Shown here piece after piece: positions 49,144 through 52,205 of a stretch of 52,205 nt of DNA. A program made the translations under genes and the position numbers. Each line of letters starts with the position of its first letter. Position 1 is the first letter of the stretch. Below the pieces are notes generated by a model, which was not told the DNA's origin, did not search any database, and worked only from the letters and a program-made list of their open reading frames with translations. Source of the stretch: an uncultured Smithella sp. (GTDB lineage: Bacteria > Desulfobacterota > Syntrophia > Syntrophales > Smithellaceae); assembly GCA_964479225.1 (NCBI GenBank), contig CAYZLL010000004.1, positions 1 through 52,205 of the forward strand. The letters are read 5' to 3'.

Positions 49144-50400
49144 CTAAATATCAAATGCCTTACCCTCTTCAATTTCAAACACGTTATCAAAGTAATCTTT
49201 GAACTTTCCTCCAAATTCCGTATGAATAGGAATAAGTTGCTTTGGTTTGAAAGCATTTGCAAACGCTTTCAAATCTTTGACCGTCGCGTGTCCGCTGGTG
49301 TGGGCATACACAAAATTGACTCGTGGATCATTTCGATATGCCGCTATCTCTTCAGCGCCGAAGTATTCGCGATTTGTAAATTCAAGATAACCAAGCCACT
49401 GTGAATATATAACGTTGATAGGCTCTTCTTTTTTATAAGAATTCATGATCCTGCTTTTGGACATTTTGCTCAGATAGAGGAAGCCTGCCGGATTTTCGGC
49501 TAATTGTTCTTTCTTGATCCTATGCTCATATACTCTTTTCCTGAAGTCACCAAAGAAGCTGGCATTTTCCTTCAATTTCTTGTCTTGGCTGAAATCTGCA
49601 TACACGCCTATCAAATCCCATTCCATTGTTGGAACATGGATTGGAATATGTTGAGAGGCAAGAGTAATTTTCACCTGTTCCAGTACCCATGCGGTATAAA
49701 TATCAATGATGAGCGTCTTGTGTGTCCTTAAACAAGCGCGATAAGCGGATACAATCCGGTCAATGTTTTGGGATGATGAGATTAGGAACGAGAGATTTTT
49801 CTGGTCTTTTATCGTTTCATATATTTTCTTTTCGACAGCGGTTTCCGTGGGAAAATCGTCGTTGCTGCGCTTCATCATAGTGCCTTCCATGAAAAGCAGA
49901 TCAATATTCCTTGGTGGATCATGGACAATCTTATCAAAAAGAATCGATTTTCTACCATGCGCCCGAAAATCTCCGCTATAAAAGACGCGCTTTCCTTCCG
50001 CCTCAATCAAAAACGCATAAGCGTCGATTGCTGAATGGTCAACCAGATATGGCTTTATGGTAAAATCACCTATCTGGAATGGCTGCCAACTTTTGAAATA
50101 TGAAAATTTATTGCTGTGTAATTCTTTACCCAGGAGCATCCGCGTTGCGTCGATGAGATGCTTTCCAAGCTCGCCAATGTATACAGGAATGGAGGAATCA
50201 ATGGTATCGATGAGACCGAAATGGTCTTGATGGGGGTGACTGATCAGGACTGCATCGATTTTGACATTTGTCAGATCTATCTCTTGGCTCGTTTTGCTGA
50301 GTGGCATACCAATATCAAGCAATATCGTTGTCTTTTCTGAAGATAACTGGATACATGTTCCGCCTATCTCCTTGCTTCCTCTGTGAATAAGTATTTTCAA
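49144..50400 (-). CDS. Operon gene B: metallo-beta-lactamase fold, beta-CASP-type nuclease (418 aa)
   Basis: MBL motifs LLDIG, SHPHQDH (HxHxDH), VDHS and YSGDF. Beta-CASP-like MEGT, HTSGHA and the final PIHTE. TTG start (MKILIHRG...). Confidence 0.75.
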   Translation of the reverse strand: MKILIHRGSKEIGGTCIQLSSEKTTILLDIGMPLSKTSQEIDLTNVKIDAVLISHPHQDHFGLIDTIDSSIPVYIGELGKHLIDATRMLLGKELHSNKFSYFKSWQPFQIGDFTIKPYLVDHSAIDAYAFLIEAEGKRVFYSGDFRAHGRKSILFDKIVHDPPRNIDLLFMEGTMMKRSNDDFPTETAVEKKIYETIKDQKNLSFLISSSQNIDRIVSAYRACLRTHKTLIIDIYTAWVLEQVKITLASQHIPIHVPTMEWDLIGVYADFSQDKKLKENASFFGDFRKRVYEHRIKKEQLAENPAGFLYLSKMSKSRIMNSYKKEEPINVIYSQWLGYLEFTNREYFGAEEIAAYRNDPRVNFVYAHTSGHATVKDLKAFANAFKPKQLIPIHTEFGGKFKDYFDNVFEIEEGKAFDI

Positions 50401-50467
50401 TTGGCCTTACCCTTTCATTTTCTTTATTACCATTCCGTTGATTATCCCTATATTCAACACCGATCTT

Positions 50468-50496
50468 TAAATACACAACATTAAGAGCAATATCAA
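50468..50496 (-). promoter_or_regulatory. Possible internal sigma70-like promoter ahead of gene B
   Basis: On the minus strand: TTGATA (50496-50491), a 17-nt spacer, then TATTTA (50473-50468). AT-rich DNA produces such matches by chance. Confidence 0.25.
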
Positions 50497-51401
50497 AATA
50501 ATATTTTGTTTTTCTGTTTGTTCAGATTCAGGTCCACATCTTTTCCAAAAAAGTATAATCCGGCTAAACGCTTCTTTTCAATACTCTCATAAAGATGACT
50601 TATGATTTTATCTTTTAGCCTGTCTATTACATTCTGGTTGAATCCTGCAATAACGAGAAGCGGCCTTGGTTCTATGGCTGATATCTGAACTTTCGCGAGA
50701 TATGATTTATCTCTTATAATTCCAAGCGTCTTTTTGGTTTCAATCGCAGTTTGATATGCTTCGATTATCCGCTCTTTATTTTTTATTGCAAAGTCATAAT
50801 ATTTTTTAATTTGTTTATTGATTTCGTTGCTGTAAAGCCTCGAATCAAAAATCTGCTTCAATTCTATGAAAACAAGTTTTTTGATCTTTTTATCGAAATT
50901 GACCAGATCGATGCTCGTATTATCTGTTTTATCGTCATCATCATTTTCTGATTCTCCTGGAAACGCGGCCACTTCAACATCAACGATCGTTTCCTTGTTT
51001 TTCTCGACAAGCTTGGACTGAATAGCTTTATCTTCCCCCGCATATACGGCAATGTTCGTCTGCACGGTCTTAAGATCTTTAATAATATTTCTTACATTGG
51101 GACAAGCATCGTCGCTTATTTTAAGCTCTCCATGGTCTGGCAATATCTTCACATAGGGAGATTTGAGTTTGGCAATGAGATATTTGTAATGAACCTCGCA
51201 ACATATTTCTTTTCCTTGCAAGCTGATTCGCAGCATATTCCCCATTTTTGAGTAAACATAAATGCTATGCGACCGGAGCTGAATGTTGATATTACGATCG
51301 GTATGTGAAAGCGCAACAATCTCTTTCCACCACTTTTCAGCTAGTAGCTTTTCGACAAGTAGGCTATCTTTTTGAAGCCGGACAAAGGTATTCTTTCGCA
51401 T
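50493..51401 (-). CDS. Operon gene A: unknown N-terminal domain plus PD-(D/E)xK-like nuclease core (302 aa)
   Basis: IVDVEVAAF strand, acidic loop ESENDDDDKTDNT, D165 (SIDLV), then E180-x-K182 (VFIELKQ). A GGAGGG RBS precedes ATG 51401. Confidence 0.55.
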   Translation of the reverse strand: MRKNTFVRLQKDSLLVEKLLAEKWWKEIVALSHTDRNINIQLRSHSIYVYSKMGNMLRISLQGKEICCEVHYKYLIAKLKSPYVKILPDHGELKISDDACPNVRNIIKDLKTVQTNIAVYAGEDKAIQSKLVEKNKETIVDVEVAAFPGESENDDDDKTDNTSIDLVNFDKKIKKLVFIELKQIFDSRLYSNEINKQIKKYYDFAIKNKERIIEAYQTAIETKKTLGIIRDKSYLAKVQISAIEPRPLLVIAGFNQNVIDRLKDKIISHLYESIEKKRLAGLYFFGKDVDLNLNKQKNKILF

Positions 51402-51410
51402 TGTTCCCTC

Positions 51411-52205
51411 CTAGTGTAGTGCGTCTAACGCTTCTTTACATTTGTTGATCTTTCCAAATATTTTTTCCACCGACGCACTCCAAACGAACACTTGAGGGTT
51501 TTGGTTGTGATTTTCCAAATATTCGTTGATGGCGGAAATCAATTCCGGAACGCTGGAGAAAGAGCCACGCCGGATACGTTTGTCGGTGATTTCGCGGAAC
51601 CAGCGCTCGACCATGTTCAACCAAGAACTGGAAGTCGGCGTAAAATGTAGATGAAACCGCGGATGGCGCTTGAACCAAGCTTTGACACGCGGGTGCTTGT
51701 GCGTGGCATAATTGTCCACGATCAGATGAAGATCCTGATCTGTTGGTGTTTGCGTATCGATCTTCTTGAGGAACCGGATAAACTCTTGGTGCCGATGGCG
51801 CGGCATACAATCGCCAATGACCTTGCCGTTGAGCATGCTCAGAGCCGCAAACAAAGTCGTTGTGCCGTTGCGCTTGTAGTCGTGAGTTTGTCGTGCTGGA
51901 ATTCCCGATCTGAGAGGAAGAAGCGGTTGCGTGCGCTCCAGGGCCTGTATTGGGCTCTTTTCGTCCACGCACAGAACCAACGCCTTCTCCGGCGGGTTCA
52001 GATACAGGCCCACGACATCGGTCAGCTTTTCGACAAAGTGTTTGTCGCGGCTGAGTTTGAAAGTCTCTATTAAATGGGGTTTGAGGTTGTGCATTCGCCA
52101 GATGCGACGAATACTGGCCTCTGACAAATGCTGTGCCTTGGCCATGCTGCGCGTGCTCCAATGCGTGGCATTCTGAGGTTTCGTATGCAAGGTGGCTTCG
52201 ACAAC
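51411..52205 (-). mobile_element. IS630-family (Tc1/mariner-like DDE) transposase gene, C-terminal ~264 codons; N-terminus off-window
   Basis: The catalytic triad is visible: [16 protein letters not shown], and E in NMVERWF 36 positions after the second D (D-x35-E, within the usual family range). The reading frame stays open to the window edge. The stop TAG lies inside a CTAG tetranucleotide. Confidence 0.85.

Noticed and set aside
48547-51401. Reading the three-gene operon as a type II restriction-modification system.
   Set aside because: I found no methyltransferase signatures anywhere in or next to the operon (no FxGxG SAM-binding motif, no D/N-PP-Y/F motif, no PCQ motif). There is also no specificity subunit. 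An orphan restriction enzyme without protection would be lethal, so a classical R-M reading does not fit.
51436-52161. A 241-aa ORF in a second frame on the same strand inside the IS630 transposase gene.
   Set aside because: The other frame contains the full DDE triad and family-typical sequence. This frame is Arg/Gln/Ser/Gly-rich with no recognisable domain. There is no evidence for programmed frameshifting in the visible part.
1-52205. A scan for CRISPR arrays, rRNA or tRNA genes, and in-frame TGA selenoprotein genes (prompted by selB).
   Set aside because: I saw no regularly spaced 25-40-nt direct repeats and no rRNA- or tRNA-like segments. The intergenic spaces are short. No pair of adjacent same-frame ORFs is separated by a single TGA in a way that would suggest a split selenoprotein. 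A by-eye scan cannot exclude small ncRNAs.

Overview
About 46.7 kb of this window is conserved chromosomal core from a Gram-negative bacterium. SelB/FdhD, a sigma54 regulator and the gene order suggest a Desulfobacterota-like anaerobe, but that is only a guess. The last ~5.5 kb is an AT-rich accessory segment that ends in an IS630-family transposase.

Core content, left to right:
- icd (partial) and aconitase.
- A LysM/NlpC-P60 endopeptidase and mtgA.
- Thiolase, a J-domain protein, and a PflX-like radical SAM plus patatin pair.
- proA-nadD, a crotonase and an acyl-CoA synthetase.
- A translationally coupled selB-fdhD-yhaM-like operon.
- ruvX-mltG.
- A complete dcw cluster: mraZ-rsmH-ftsL-ftsI-murE-murF-mraY-murD-ftsW-murG-murC-murB-ftsQ-ftsA-ftsZ. 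It has no ddl. It carries a near-consensus promoter and a three-repeat candidate MraZ operator.
- A B12/radical-SAM protein, a DUF169 protein and folC.
- lptD, a histidine kinase, an NtrC-type regulator and a LapA-like protein.

Accessory segment (46.8-51.4 kb): five minus-strand genes, much more AT-rich than the core.
- A signal-peptide/DUF1311-like/polytopic-membrane fusion protein.
- A 71-aa Cys/Trp-rich protein.
- A tightly packed three-gene operon encoding a 302-aa PD-(D/E)xK-like protein, a 418-aa MBL/beta-CASP nuclease and a 194-aa PD-(D/E)xK-like protein. There is no methyltransferase, ATPase or obvious antitoxin.

An IS630-family element is inserted at a CTAG site 9 nt upstream of the first operon gene. 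I consider the three-nuclease operon the best candidate for an undescribed system, most plausibly anti-mobile-element defence. This rests on motifs I can read, genomic context and composition only.

I recognised no rRNA, tRNA or CRISPR array.
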